Assembly (NCBI GenBank): GCA_963676395.1
Contig: OY781066.1
Location: 2,080,001 to 2,144,000, forward strand
Reading direction: 5' to 3'
DNA: 64,000 bases
Source: a bacterium
Lineage (GTDB): Bacteria > Fidelibacterota > Fidelibacteria > Fidelibacterales > Fidelibacteraceae
Under the pieces are notes generated by a model. That model made no database searches and was not told the DNA's origin. It worked only from the letters and a program-made list of their open reading frames with translations. Below, in pieces: positions 9,524 through 19,750 of the stretch; positions within the stretch are counted from its first letter, which is position 1, and the number at the start of each line of letters is the position of its first letter. Both the position numbers and the translations under genes were made by a program.

Positions 9524-10392
9524 TTTTCTCCGTATAATACTTTTCCAACTTCCAGCGGTCTATCTGTTGCAAAGATATCAATGCCGAGTCTTTCCCAGCG
9601 TTTGTACCAATGATCTCCCTTTGCTTCCGCTTTCTTGTCTAAATTACCAAGTGTTCCGCAATTGGCAAAGACTTTTTCTTCATGAAGCATGTTATAGAGT
9701 TTCTTTTTTTGTAAATGTGTACCGGTGAATGCCGTAATGCGGTTCATGGGGATCCCCGCATCCTTTGAGCGTTGTAATTCTTCTTCAGAGCGGATGGCTA
9801 GAGATAACATGAGGTCCTTATCAAGTTTATTGACCTTAACACCATCATTTATATTGTAAACAATGATTAATACATTGGCTTCAGTATCTGTTTTATGAAC
9901 AAGATCAACAACTTTTTCAAAAGGAACCCCGCGCTTGACATCAAGATTTAAGACGGTTTTTCCCTTTGCCCAGATCAGCGCTTTTTCCAAAGTCGGTACA
10001 CGAAAATTCGTAAGCTGTCCATTGTTATCTTCCAAAAATAGTTGTTCTATCGTTTTAAAATCGGTTTCATTTACAGAGCCTTCCCCTGTAGTTGTTCGTT
10101 TTAGATTCCAGTCGTGCATCAGTATTAATACTGAGTCTTTTGTAATTGAGACATCCACTTCGAGTGTTGATGGATAATGATCAAGAATATGGTCAAATGT
10201 CTCTATACAATTTTCCGGATAACCCGGATAAGGACCGCCGCGGTGCGCCGAAAGGATGGGCGTGGCGTTTTGTGACCAGGAAAAGAAATGTTGGATCTCT
10301 TCCACACTCTCAAAAGTGAGGTCCGGGACAGGATATGGTGGCTTAGCGACTAATATTGTAGCAATGAGTAAGAATGTTATTAGTTTATTCAT
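9520..10392 (-). CDS. Secreted glycerophosphodiester phosphodiesterase family protein
   Basis: SAHRGG, PEN, E.DV..TKD...ILMHD..L.RTT, LDVK, TDRP; signal peptide MNKLITFLLIATILVA; RBS AAGGGA. Confidence 0.88.
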   Translation of the reverse strand: MNKLITFLLIATILVAKPPYPVPDLTFESVEEIQHFFSWSQNATPILSAHRGGPYPGYPENCIETFDHILDHYPSTLEVDVSITKDSVLILMHDWNLKRTTTGEGSVNETDFKTIEQLFLEDNNGQLTNFRVPTLEKALIWAKGKTVLNLDVKRGVPFEKVVDLVHKTDTEANVLIIVYNINDGVKVNKLDKDLMLSLAIRSEEELQRSKDAGIPMNRITAFTGTHLQKKKLYNMLHEEKVFANCGTLGNLDKKAEAKGDHWYKRWERLGIDIFATDRPLEVGKVLYGEK

Positions 10393-10412
10393 ATTATTCC
10401 CTTTTTTATGGA

Positions 10413-10448
10413 TAATGTAAAGACGCAAAATATTGCGTCTTTACATTA
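10413..10448. repeat. REP-like palindrome (second family, 28-bp core 10417-10444), possibly also a terminator of cassette 1
   Basis: taatgtaaagacgcaa-aata-ttgcgtctttacatta, perfect 16-bp arms. Confidence 0.7.
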
Positions 10449-10479
10449 CAAATATATTCTGAATCAACACTGATTTAAT

Positions 10480-11835
10480 TTATTCTTCTCTATCGGGATC
10501 TTCAACGACAACGTCATCTACTTTGGTAAATCTTAAAACTCTGTTATTGCCATTATCAAAGGTGTAGAGTACTTCATCGTAAAAAGTAAGTGCCAAAGGA
10601 TTGTTCAGGAGATCGGGGTATTGTTGTAAAACAAGTGTATCTTTTACAACAAGAGAATCTCCTATATATGAGGAATCGCTTACTCTGATCCATTCCTCTC
10701 GTACTACGATAGATTTAATGAATTTACCTTGAGCTGAAAACATTTTTACATCACGATCTAATGTATCGAGCACAAAGATGCTATTATCGTTTGCTACGGT
10801 AATATCTCTGGCATAGCCATAAGCACCCAAACCCATGATGTCATCGATACCAACGAGAAATTGTGTGTTATAAGAACTTGAGTTTAGTTTATGTACAGAA
10901 AAATATTCTCCGGTTTGTGTGTAATAAACACTTCCACCATTATCTGATGCCATTGATATAGGTTGAGAAACCGTTCCGGCACCTGTTCCGGGTGTAGCGA
11001 TAAAGTCATCAAGCATACCGGTATACTGCCATACATTTTGACCGTTTTCCAAATGTACCAAGACCGTGGGTACCAGAAGTATTTCTAAAAGATAATTGTT
11101 TATGGCATCTGCCGCATAAATGGACATTTGGTCAGTCGCCGCCGGTGCTAAAGCAACAAATGATTTGTTCTGAGCGGCATAAATAGGATTTCCCCCAACA
11201 ATTGTTGTGCCGCTTGCGGTATCAACTAATCCATTTATATTAAGATCGGAGCTTGGATCATAAAAAATTCTTGGTGCCATCATTGAATCAATAGCGGCAG
11301 TGCTTGTACTGTCGATTACTTCTGAGCCTGAAATGGGTGAGTACCCCATGTAGAGTCCATCCAAAGGATGCATGGTAACCGTATCGGAGCCTACAAGGTA
11401 ATCCCGTTCAAGCACAATGCCTTTAATGCCGATGGTCGCTACAAATTGCGGCCAGAACCAGATCACATCACTATCATCGGTATAATACACATTAAATCTT
11501 GCATCTAAACATACCGCAGTCGGAGAAATGTTAAGATGTTTTAGTGAATCATATAAACCGTTTTCCACTTCTCCCGAAGGGCGGATAACAGTAATGCTGT
11601 TTGCGATAGAATCAGCAATATATATACGTCCGTCTTTAGAAGAAAAGGCATCAACAGGTGTGTGCAGATCCAATTCGCCAAAGGTCCAATCAGGAGTAAT
11701 TTGCACATATTTATTAGGATCATTGTTGATCCCGCCGTTTCCACCGCCATTGCTGGGAAGTGATATGTTTTCCGAACAGGAGATCAATAAGATGATCGTA
11801 AATAAGATCAGGGATGTTTTTAATAGATTTTTCAT
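10480..11835 (-). CDS. Lipoprotein with an NHL-like beta-propeller
   Basis: Lipobox LISC; repeats P.D....DGRIYIADS, IFVLDT, NNP..L....EVLY.FD.GNNRVLRF. Confidence 0.75.
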   Translation of the reverse strand: MKNLLKTSLILFTIILLISCSENISLPSNGGGNGGINNDPNKYVQITPDWTFGELDLHTPVDAFSSKDGRIYIADSIANSITVIRPSGEVENGLYDSLKHLNISPTAVCLDARFNVYYTDDSDVIWFWPQFVATIGIKGIVLERDYLVGSDTVTMHPLDGLYMGYSPISGSEVIDSTSTAAIDSMMAPRIFYDPSSDLNINGLVDTASGTTIVGGNPIYAAQNKSFVALAPAATDQMSIYAADAINNYLLEILLVPTVLVHLENGQNVWQYTGMLDDFIATPGTGAGTVSQPISMASDNGGSVYYTQTGEYFSVHKLNSSSYNTQFLVGIDDIMGLGAYGYARDITVANDNSIFVLDTLDRDVKMFSAQGKFIKSIVVREEWIRVSDSSYIGDSLVVKDTLVLQQYPDLLNNPLALTFYDEVLYTFDNGNNRVLRFTKVDDVVVEDPDREE

Positions 11836-12797
11836 TAGAAATTATAACTTATTTGAATTTGATTAACGATACCAAGATATATATGTGGACGAAATGCATA
11901 ATCGACCGTTAGGCCGGAATTCCATCGCTCAGTTGAAAATCCCAGTCCCATAGAAAAAGGGATCTCTGTTCCTATACAATAACCAGCGCGGACTTCCACA
12001 GCTTCAAAGAGTTTTGCATTCACGCCAAGAACATAGGTTTCATCATTGTCAACCGGGTGATTTAATTGTGCGGATACAAGAAGGTCCATGAAGTCATTTT
12101 CATAAATGGTTATAGAAGAGCCGATATGAAAGGTAGTGGGAGGAGCAAAAGTTGCGTATTCGCGTTCATCTCCATCACTTGAGATATAAGTGCCTGCGGG
12201 TCCTGCCGGAGTTCCGAAATTCAATAACGCAACAGCAAGAGTCATATCTTTAAATCCGGTTCTATAGAATGTTCCCAGATCCATAACAATGGATGTGGTT
12301 GCCATATCAAGGTATTCTTCCCTTACCATTCTTGCTGAAAAACCAAAAGAAAATCGATCGCTCATTTTACGTGAGGCATTTAAACCCACATAATAGTCGG
12401 CGTATGAAAAATAATCTCCGGAACCGTAGGGATTGTATTCGGTAGTGATTTCCATCGGATCCATGTGTAAGGCGCCAATTTCCACACCGAATGCCCAAGA
12501 GCCCATGGTATGAGCAGCCGCAATGTATTCGTAGCCGATACCGTCAAACCATTGTAGGTGGCTCAAACTTACAGATGTTCCCTCTAATTGCACCGTAATG
12601 GCAGGATTCCAATGGATGGCGGATGCATCGGAAACAACCGAAGTAAAAGCACCACCAATGCCGGCTGATGTTGCCGATGGATCAATTTTGAGGAAGTTGA
12701 AAATAGATGTTCCGGCTCTTTGTCCGCCTAAACCGGCGAATAGCATTGAAGCGCTAAAAAGTAGAACAATTGCGAATTTATGTTTGTTTTGTCTCAT
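11835..12797 (-). CDS. PorV/PorQ-family (UPF0164-like) outer-membrane beta-barrel
   Basis: GTS..NFLKI...A...G.GGA, AIHWNPA, D.G, DYAF, C-terminal YNF. Confidence 0.85.
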   Translation of the reverse strand: MRQNKHKFAIVLLFSASMLFAGLGGQRAGTSIFNFLKIDPSATSAGIGGAFTSVVSDASAIHWNPAITVQLEGTSVSLSHLQWFDGIGYEYIAAAHTMGSWAFGVEIGALHMDPMEITTEYNPYGSGDYFSYADYYVGLNASRKMSDRFSFGFSARMVREEYLDMATTSIVMDLGTFYRTGFKDMTLAVALLNFGTPAGPAGTYISSDGDEREYATFAPPTTFHIGSSITIYENDFMDLLVSAQLNHPVDNDETYVLGVNAKLFEAVEVRAGYCIGTEIPFSMGLGFSTERWNSGLTVDYAFRPHIYLGIVNQIQISYNF

Positions 12798-12800
12798 TTG

Positions 12801-15500
12801 TTAAAACCTTAAAAAGAGTCCTAGCATGATCTGGCGGGGTGAATAGTAACGGGATGGATCCAAATTGGGATTTCTTCCCGCATAGTAGGTGTATGAAATG
12901 ATCTCGCCGGGATCATAAGGTTGACCGGTAAAAGGATTGATCCTTCTGGGTACTTTGTAATTGAAAATATTTTCTACATCGATATAAAATCCGTATGTCA
13001 GGTTTTTATAATAGAAGTCTTTAGTAAATTTTAGATCAACCGTAATATAGGGATCCGCGATTTCGCCATAGGGATTGTCACTACGTGAAGTACCAATATA
13101 CCACATGGTTCCATCAGAGGTAGTTACCGTATCCAAAACTACACTTTCAGTATAGCGTTTTCCCGCTTGTGCTTCAATATGCGCATTTAATGACCAGTTG
13201 TTAATCCATGGAGAAAGATCATCTTCATACATATGAAGCCTGAGGTTTCCGATCAATCTGAAGGGCTCATCCCATGAAAGATAATTCTCGGTCAGAGGTT
13301 TTTCGGGGATCATACCTGCTTCAACCAATACATTATCATCGGGTGAGGAGCTTTTACCGGTTGTTACTGAATAGGTAAAAGAAGCATCGCCGCTGAAGAA
13401 TCTACCGGCGGTTTGACGGAACATAAATTCAAGTCCGTAAGAGCGGGCATAATCCATATTTAAATACATCATTAAGCTATAGTTTCCAACCAAGGGGTTG
13501 AAAGATGTAATGGTTTGTGCCGTTTCATAATCAAACATATCTTTGTAATAGGCTTTAAATTCGACGGCCGATGCGGCGGAGAACTTATGTTTTAGACCGA
13601 TCTCGTATGCCACGGTTGTTTTAGGATCTAAATTCGGGTTACCGATAAGTGAATAGGGGTTATCTGAAACGGTATTCAATTTGGCATAAACATAATTGTA
13701 AGTGGGTAGCTGTGAGAAATGCCCATAGTTAAAGTACAATACATCATTATCCGTAACCGGATGAGAAATACCCAAGCGAGGACTCAGGTGCCCTTTAAAT
13801 CTTGCACCAAAGAGATTATTGGTTTCATCAAAATAACGTTGCCTACCGGCTTCTGTGATCGTTAAGATATCCGGATTCATCATTGCTTCGGTGACTTCTT
13901 TTCCGATGAACCAGTAATCATAGCGCATACCGATATTTGCGATCATACCTTCGAAAGTGATTTTATCTTGTAGGTAAAAAGAACCATCGGAGGGTTTTAC
14001 ATTATAGTAATCATAACTTTCTCCCAAGCCGGAACCCAACCAAGGTTTATAAATATCAATAACCTGCATATCGGTTGAACGGTGTTCAAAGCCAGCCTTT
14101 ACTTTATGTCGAGTGCTTGGGTGATAGGTAAAATCAGTCGACAAGGTGAAATTTTTACTCCAGTAGTCATACCAATAGGGTGCATCACCATGATCCCAGA
14201 ACTCATCACCGGTATAAACCACAACATTACCAAATTCATCGCGAGTTGAATATTCGGTAGGATCTATATCAAGAATTTCATCGTATTGGGTCCAGTGTTT
14301 ATTTTGTACGGCTTTATGAAACGAGGTATAAAAGTAGCCGGCATTAACCGTATAAAATAGTTTTGGATTGATAGTATGAGTCCACAAGGCATTCACAACC
14401 TTAGATTCTGATGTAAAGGTGGGGTAATTATCCAGCATTTCTTGGAATGCATATGGATATGATGATTTTCTAAAATAGCCTTGATTGACATTTGCAGACT
14501 GGTTATATGAGATGGAAAATTTATATTTTTGTTGATAATTCCAAGAAAGCTTTGCCATGGTGGACATATTGTTCTCTTGACGATTAGTAAAGACATTCAT
14601 CCAATCCCGATAGGGATACAGTTTTTCAGAGCCCGGTAAATAGGAGTCGGATAAATATAGATATCCACTGACAAAATATGAAAGATACCCGGGAATAAGT
14701 TTACTGTTGCCATTGATCAGAGGTCCGCCCAAGGTGAATTCGATATTGTCTGTACCAAAGCCGTTACTTCCAAAAAGCTGGTCTGTTTTATATCTTGCGG
14801 AGCCTTCAAGATTAGCAGCACCTTCTTTTAATTTAACATCAATGATACCTGACATTGCTTGCCCGTATTCGGCATTAAATCCTCCGGTAATGATCTCTAA
14901 CTCTTCAATAGCGTTTGAATTAACATACAAACTGGAAGTTTGTCCGGTAAGGGGATCCTTGATTGAAAGTCCATCAACGATGAACTGTGATTCGTCAACT
15001 CGACCACCCCGGATATGGATTTCGTTGTTTGATGTAGAAACACCGGCTTGCTGACCGACAATATCTGCGACACTTTCAACGATCTTACCCAAAAGGTCAT
15101 CGGATGAAACCGAAACGGAAGACGCTGTTGATGTTGCATCGATCAGAGGTTTTTCTCCCACAACCACGACATCTTCGCCAAGGGCGAGAACAGTTGTTTC
15201 CAAGGCGACATCAATTTTAATGGTTTCATCTTGATCTAACTCTATACCACCGTGGATATATTGTTTATAACCGATCATAGAAACCATCATATCGTAGGTT
15301 CCCTGGCCCATACCTGTGATGGTAAATGAACCATCCATGGATGTTGCTGCCCCGTAATATGTACCTTTGAGGATGATATTTACACCTACCATTGGTTCCT
15401 TGGTTTCTGCATCGGTGACAACACCACGAATGACAGCTGCGCTTAAAATACAGCTTAAGGTTATTGTTAAAACAGCAATGTACTTGATAATTTGTTTCAT
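12801..15500 (-). CDS. TonB-dependent receptor with an N-terminal carboxypeptidase-regulatory-like domain
   Basis: IRGVVTDAET.EP..GVN, HIRGGR, GGFNAEYGQAMSG, SPRLG, GNPNL.P, C-terminal F. Confidence 0.92.
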   Translation of the reverse strand: MKQIIKYIAVLTITLSCILSAAVIRGVVTDAETKEPMVGVNIILKGTYYGAATSMDGSFTITGMGQGTYDMMVSMIGYKQYIHGGIELDQDETIKIDVALETTVLALGEDVVVVGEKPLIDATSTASSVSVSSDDLLGKIVESVADIVGQQAGVSTSNNEIHIRGGRVDESQFIVDGLSIKDPLTGQTSSLYVNSNAIEELEIITGGFNAEYGQAMSGIIDVKLKEGAANLEGSARYKTDQLFGSNGFGTDNIEFTLGGPLINGNSKLIPGYLSYFVSGYLYLSDSYLPGSEKLYPYRDWMNVFTNRQENNMSTMAKLSWNYQQKYKFSISYNQSANVNQGYFRKSSYPYAFQEMLDNYPTFTSESKVVNALWTHTINPKLFYTVNAGYFYTSFHKAVQNKHWTQYDEILDIDPTEYSTRDEFGNVVVYTGDEFWDHGDAPYWYDYWSKNFTLSTDFTYHPSTRHKVKAGFEHRSTDMQVIDIYKPWLGSGLGESYDYYNVKPSDGSFYLQDKITFEGMIANIGMRYDYWFIGKEVTEAMMNPDILTITEAGRQRYFDETNNLFGARFKGHLSPRLGISHPVTDNDVLYFNYGHFSQLPTYNYVYAKLNTVSDNPYSLIGNPNLDPKTTVAYEIGLKHKFSAASAVEFKAYYKDMFDYETAQTITSFNPLVGNYSLMMYLNMDYARSYGLEFMFRQTAGRFFSGDASFTYSVTTGKSSSPDDNVLVEAGMIPEKPLTENYLSWDEPFRLIGNLRLHMYEDDLSPWINNWSLNAHIEAQAGKRYTESVVLDTVTTSDGTMWYIGTSRSDNPYGEIADPYITVDLKFTKDFYYKNLTYGFYIDVENIFNYKVPRRINPFTGQPYDPGEIISYTYYAGRNPNLDPSRYYSPRQIMLGLFLRF

Positions 15501-15501
15501 A

Positions 15502-17022
15502 TTACTCGTTTATTTCAAATATGTGTCTGAATAGTTCGTCAAGATTGTTATTTCCTCTTAAATAATACAAAGGAATTGACATATAGTAACAGGTGCCATC
15601 TCCAATGGGAGTTTCGATCATGACTGTTGGTTCACCGGTATAATCACTGGTATTCAATGAGTCGTGTTCAAAATGATATCTTAATGTTGAAGTAGCACCG
15701 GGTTCAATGGCATATAGTTTATCTGCCAAAGTAGAGGAGGTTTTTAGAGTCAATTCACTATTTAATGTTGAGTCTCCCCAGCTAGGAATAATATTTACAT
15801 CCGAATATATACGACCGGTGGGGCTGTATTGATAGACTGTGTCGATATCCGTAAAGGTCCATACCGTGTCGGGGCGTGAGCCGGTAGCAACTTTTTGAGC
15901 GTTATTAACAAACAGTGTACCGCCATCACCAACAAAACGTGTTAAGGCCAAGGAAGCTTCATTTAATGAGTTTGATCCTCTAAAGGTAAACCAGAAGACG
16001 TTGGAAAAAGTACTTAAGTTAAGTTCGATATCTTCAGCGGAGTAGGGAATGGTGTTTGCCGTATTGTTGCTTCCCCCGCCAATTTCCCAAATAGAATAGT
16101 TATTTGCACCCAGTAAACCTTCTACAATACCTGTGTAGAGATTCTGGTGAGAATAAGCTACTTGATCTCCGGGGAAATCATTGACGATGAGCATATCACC
16201 TTTAGGTTCAATAACTTCCCATGTAAGGATCTCAGATTCATCTGAATTAGGATCCGGGAATGATATTATATCGCTTTCGGCACCAGCAATATCCTTAACT
16301 TTCAGGTAGAAACGATGTCTTCCTGCCGGGATCTCAGTCAGCATGATCTCACTGATATCTCCATCTAATTTAATCCATGTGCTGGTATCGTCTAAAGCAT
16401 AAAATACTTCTGTAATAGTTTCCCTTCCGTCAATATCAGAGACATCCCAGAAAAACGAATGGTGCTGGAAAGAATAATGCACTGAGTCTTCTGTTTTTGA
16501 GCTTTGAGGGATAGTGCCGAGTTTCCATTCAACCTCGGGAGGTGAGTTGAAAACCGGAAATGTCGCTATTGCTGGTGTTGGGTCAATGGCATTACTGTCA
16601 TCCACTGCCTGAACATAAAAAGAATACACATCAAGTTGTGTACGTAGCGGTAAATAAAAAATTGCTGATTCGTCCTGTGTGAAAATCGATGTATCCATAT
16701 AGGACCAACGGTAATAGTAGCCGATAACATTGCCATCGGGATCATCTCCCCACCAATGAACTTCTTGGACTGAGATGGTTGTATCCAATCCCATGATTAA
16801 TGTATCACCATCTTCTACCCAAACGGTATCTCCGTTATTGATCCAATAATCTCCGGGCCCCAATGTTGTATCGGGATTATAGAAAAATGAAACATGAGTT
16901 TCGGGAGGTAAGTTTCCGGATGTTGAATCAGGTAATTTTGGGTGAAACAGATCGCAGGCAACCAATGACAGTAAAATGATAACTGCGAATACAACTAATG
17001 TTATTTGCTTGGTATTTTTCAT
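15502..17022 (-). CDS. Lipoprotein of unknown function (Ig-like domains plus a C-terminal alpha/beta domain)
   Basis: Lipobox LVAC; NLPPET, W.G.DPDG.V.GY, F.V.AVD....DPTPA. Confidence 0.75.
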   Translation of the reverse strand: MKNTKQITLVVFAVIILLSLVACDLFHPKLPDSTSGNLPPETHVSFFYNPDTTLGPGDYWINNGDTVWVEDGDTLIMGLDTTISVQEVHWWGDDPDGNVIGYYYRWSYMDTSIFTQDESAIFYLPLRTQLDVYSFYVQAVDDSNAIDPTPAIATFPVFNSPPEVEWKLGTIPQSSKTEDSVHYSFQHHSFFWDVSDIDGRETITEVFYALDDTSTWIKLDGDISEIMLTEIPAGRHRFYLKVKDIAGAESDIISFPDPNSDESEILTWEVIEPKGDMLIVNDFPGDQVAYSHQNLYTGIVEGLLGANNYSIWEIGGGSNNTANTIPYSAEDIELNLSTFSNVFWFTFRGSNSLNEASLALTRFVGDGGTLFVNNAQKVATGSRPDTVWTFTDIDTVYQYSPTGRIYSDVNIIPSWGDSTLNSELTLKTSSTLADKLYAIEPGATSTLRYHFEHDSLNTSDYTGEPTVMIETPIGDGTCYYMSIPLYYLRGNNNLDELFRHIFEINE

Positions 17023-17034
17023 AATTTGAAAATG

Positions 17035-17062
17035 ATCCGCCTCTTCCGAAGAAGAGGCGGAT
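17035..17062 (-). terminator. Strong intra-operon hairpin with a C(UUCG)G tetraloop; partial terminator or mRNA stabiliser
   Basis: On the minus strand atccgcctcttc-ttcg-gaagaggcggat followed by catttt. Confidence 0.7.
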
Positions 17063-17076
17063 ACTATCCTAAACTC

Positions 17077-19728
17077 TTATTTTAAGAGTACAAGTTTGTT
17101 TGTAGCGGTGAATTCGGGTGTTTCGATACGATAGAGATACATACCTGATGAGAGGTGTGCGGCATTCCAACGTAAGTCGTAAGCACCGGCATTCATGCTG
17201 GTGTTGACCAATTCTTCAACCAGACGACCTGAGATGTCATAAACTGACAATTTTACGTCTGTGGCACTAGCCAATTCAAAACGAATGGTAGTTACAGGGT
17301 TGAAAGGATTGGGGAAGTTTTGATGCAATGCAAAGCTTGAAGGTATATCGGAAATTGCATCAGGAGGTGTTTCCATAAGTGTTACATCACCGTTTTTACG
17401 AACTTCGATCTTGATACTGCCATATGAGTACATGACAACACCTTTAACGGCGGCAAGTGAATCACCGGTAACCAAAGTATCGTTCCCAACAACAACATTT
17501 TCTTCATAGTTGATAACCATAACAGAATCTGCAACACAATCATCATCAAGTAAAAATGAGTTTGTACCATCGGTTAGTGTCAAATCGTAACTGTTGATAG
17601 ATCCAATTACCAATGGTGCTTCCAATTCAACCAGAACACCTTCGAATGATTCGGGATTAGCTTCCAATTCTGCAAGTGTTGCAGGGGTGGTACCAAGGGG
17701 ACCTTCACTTAGTTTTAGAGATACTGAGCCGTCAACATAAGTATTGGTCTGGTACTTCCAGTAAGCTTCATGGTCATCATCAACTTTACCGGTTACGGTA
17801 ACCAAGTCACCTTCAACGAGTGAGGCAATTTCGCTTGCAGGGGCAAGAACCCAAACACCGTTCCACGCACCTGTTGCAGAGGCAACAGGGAAAGCGCATT
17901 TATCGGCTGAATTTTTAAATGTAGCCATATCTGCACCATCACTCATCATGTAGGCATCGAATGTTACATTGCAACCATCTAGCGGACTTTTACCGCTTGC
18001 AGCGTGTGTATATTGAATGTCGTATACACTTACATTACCATCAATGACTTTGTATGTAAAGTAATTACTTTCTTCATAATTTGAAGGAAGTGCAGATACA
18101 TCGCTTGAATCATCAACAACATAGTAATAGTATTCAACAATAGCGTCATCAGCTTGCGCAGGGATAACACCTGTCCAGATATTGCCTGTACTTTCAGTCA
18201 TATTTACAGATGTAAAATCACCATCGTTGACTTTGTAATATATTTTTGCAGTGTCAATGTTTCTCAACGTTGAGATAAGAACATTGGCTGTAACGGTTTG
18301 AGTAGGTGTTGGGATATTAGCCGGTGTTCTTGAAGGGTTCAAGAGCATAGCAGGACCTTCACCCAAAACAATGTCTTCTTTGTAAAGCGGTTCGATTTTG
18401 TATGTTGTAGAATCGACATGAGAACCATAGTGATGATAGATCCATCCGGTGACAGATTCAATCGGGGTCATTACCGGAGGAGCAAGATAATCTTCCAAAC
18501 TATCAGAATCACTGTCTACAAGGATATCACCTGAGCCATCATCAATGCCCATAATTTCGTATTGTGGCGTATTATTTACAACCAAGGCATTTTCAATTTT
18601 TACAATATTGTTACCCCATTGTTCGGCTGTAAGAGGTATACGAAGATCACCGGTTGTTACAACTGCTGTATCAGGAAGAGCGCTAACGCCAACAACGTTG
18701 ACGTCGCCAACCAAGAAGAATTCAGTCATATTTGCAGGTGAAGTAGAATATTCACCGACATAACCGCTCATTTCAATGAGATCAGTGGCAAATAAGTCAG
18801 GATATACCGAAGCATCCTGGTTGTAGGATAGAATACATGACCAAGGACCGCCGTGTACATCTGATAGGATGAACTTAACACCATCTCCGGCATACGATAA
18901 ACCGGTAGGCATGGTAACAACGCCTTTAATGTGGAAAGTTGTATCGGCAGGGTTATCTCTATCGGCACCTTCATCAAAGTAAGATTTATCTGATTCGCCG
19001 TCTTTTAGTGCTTTCATAAGATCAGAGGCGCGAACTTGCTGAATTCTTTGAATACGAGTGTAAATTTTTGTTCCACCTTTTAAAGGACCTTCGATAATAT
19101 CCCATGCCAGGCGAGGTAGGATTTTAGGATTATCGTAAGAGTAATTCATAACACCTGTAATTGAAATTAATGAATCATATTCATCTTGCCAGAAATAATA
19201 TGGTGCTTGACCTTCGTCGTCAACCATAACTGAATCTGTCGCATCGCAAACTTCCCATTCACCGTAGCTTTTATCGGGATTAGAGATAGCTACATTTTTT
19301 AAACTGACAAGTACAGATTCATATTCTTCAAGTTTTGCATCGGCAGCGCTTAATACTAGTGGAGCAGGGCAACCAACACCGGCTTGTTCAACAACAACGG
19401 CTGTAACATCTTTAAGTCTTGTCATACCGTAGTTTTCATGTGTTGTACCTGAAATTGTGACCGAATCACCTTCAGCAACGATCGTCGTATCACCAACGAA
19501 AGATGAAATATTAGCACCGAGCTTGATATATAGTCCGCTCCAAGGGCCAGTACCGTCCTGAATAAACATGTAATCGCCACCCAAGGCATATGGTTCAACG
19601 GTAACAACACCGGAAACCGTTACAGCGGTTCCTTCGGCAACTGTACCTTGTTGGATATCACTGATCGTGGTCGCAAAAGCTGATACGGCCAAGACGAGTG
19701 ATATCATAATGATTAGAAATTTTCTCAT
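17077..19728 (-). CDS. Secreted protein with three tandem OB-fold-like modules and a T9SS type A/FlgD-Ig C-terminal sorting domain
   Basis: Signal peptide; repeats of I.DIQ...V.GVVT...F..D..GPWSG...GD.V...G; C-terminal NFPNPFNPVTTIRF...SSGMYLY...KLVLLK. Confidence 0.8.
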   Translation of the reverse strand: MRKFLIIMISLVLAVSAFATTISDIQQGTVAEGTAVTVSGVVTVEPYALGGDYMFIQDGTGPWSGLYIKLGANISSFVGDTTIVAEGDSVTISGTTHENYGMTRLKDVTAVVVEQAGVGCPAPLVLSAADAKLEEYESVLVSLKNVAISNPDKSYGEWEVCDATDSVMVDDEGQAPYYFWQDEYDSLISITGVMNYSYDNPKILPRLAWDIIEGPLKGGTKIYTRIQRIQQVRASDLMKALKDGESDKSYFDEGADRDNPADTTFHIKGVVTMPTGLSYAGDGVKFILSDVHGGPWSCILSYNQDASVYPDLFATDLIEMSGYVGEYSTSPANMTEFFLVGDVNVVGVSALPDTAVVTTGDLRIPLTAEQWGNNIVKIENALVVNNTPQYEIMGIDDGSGDILVDSDSDSLEDYLAPPVMTPIESVTGWIYHHYGSHVDSTTYKIEPLYKEDIVLGEGPAMLLNPSRTPANIPTPTQTVTANVLISTLRNIDTAKIYYKVNDGDFTSVNMTESTGNIWTGVIPAQADDAIVEYYYYVVDDSSDVSALPSNYEESNYFTYKVIDGNVSVYDIQYTHAASGKSPLDGCNVTFDAYMMSDGADMATFKNSADKCAFPVASATGAWNGVWVLAPASEIASLVEGDLVTVTGKVDDDHEAYWKYQTNTYVDGSVSLKLSEGPLGTTPATLAELEANPESFEGVLVELEAPLVIGSINSYDLTLTDGTNSFLLDDDCVADSVMVINYEENVVVGNDTLVTGDSLAAVKGVVMYSYGSIKIEVRKNGDVTLMETPPDAISDIPSSFALHQNFPNPFNPVTTIRFELASATDVKLSVYDISGRLVEELVNTSMNAGAYDLRWNAAHLSSGMYLYRIETPEFTATNKLVLLK

Positions 19729-19750
19729 CTGTTTTCTCCTTGTTTGTATA

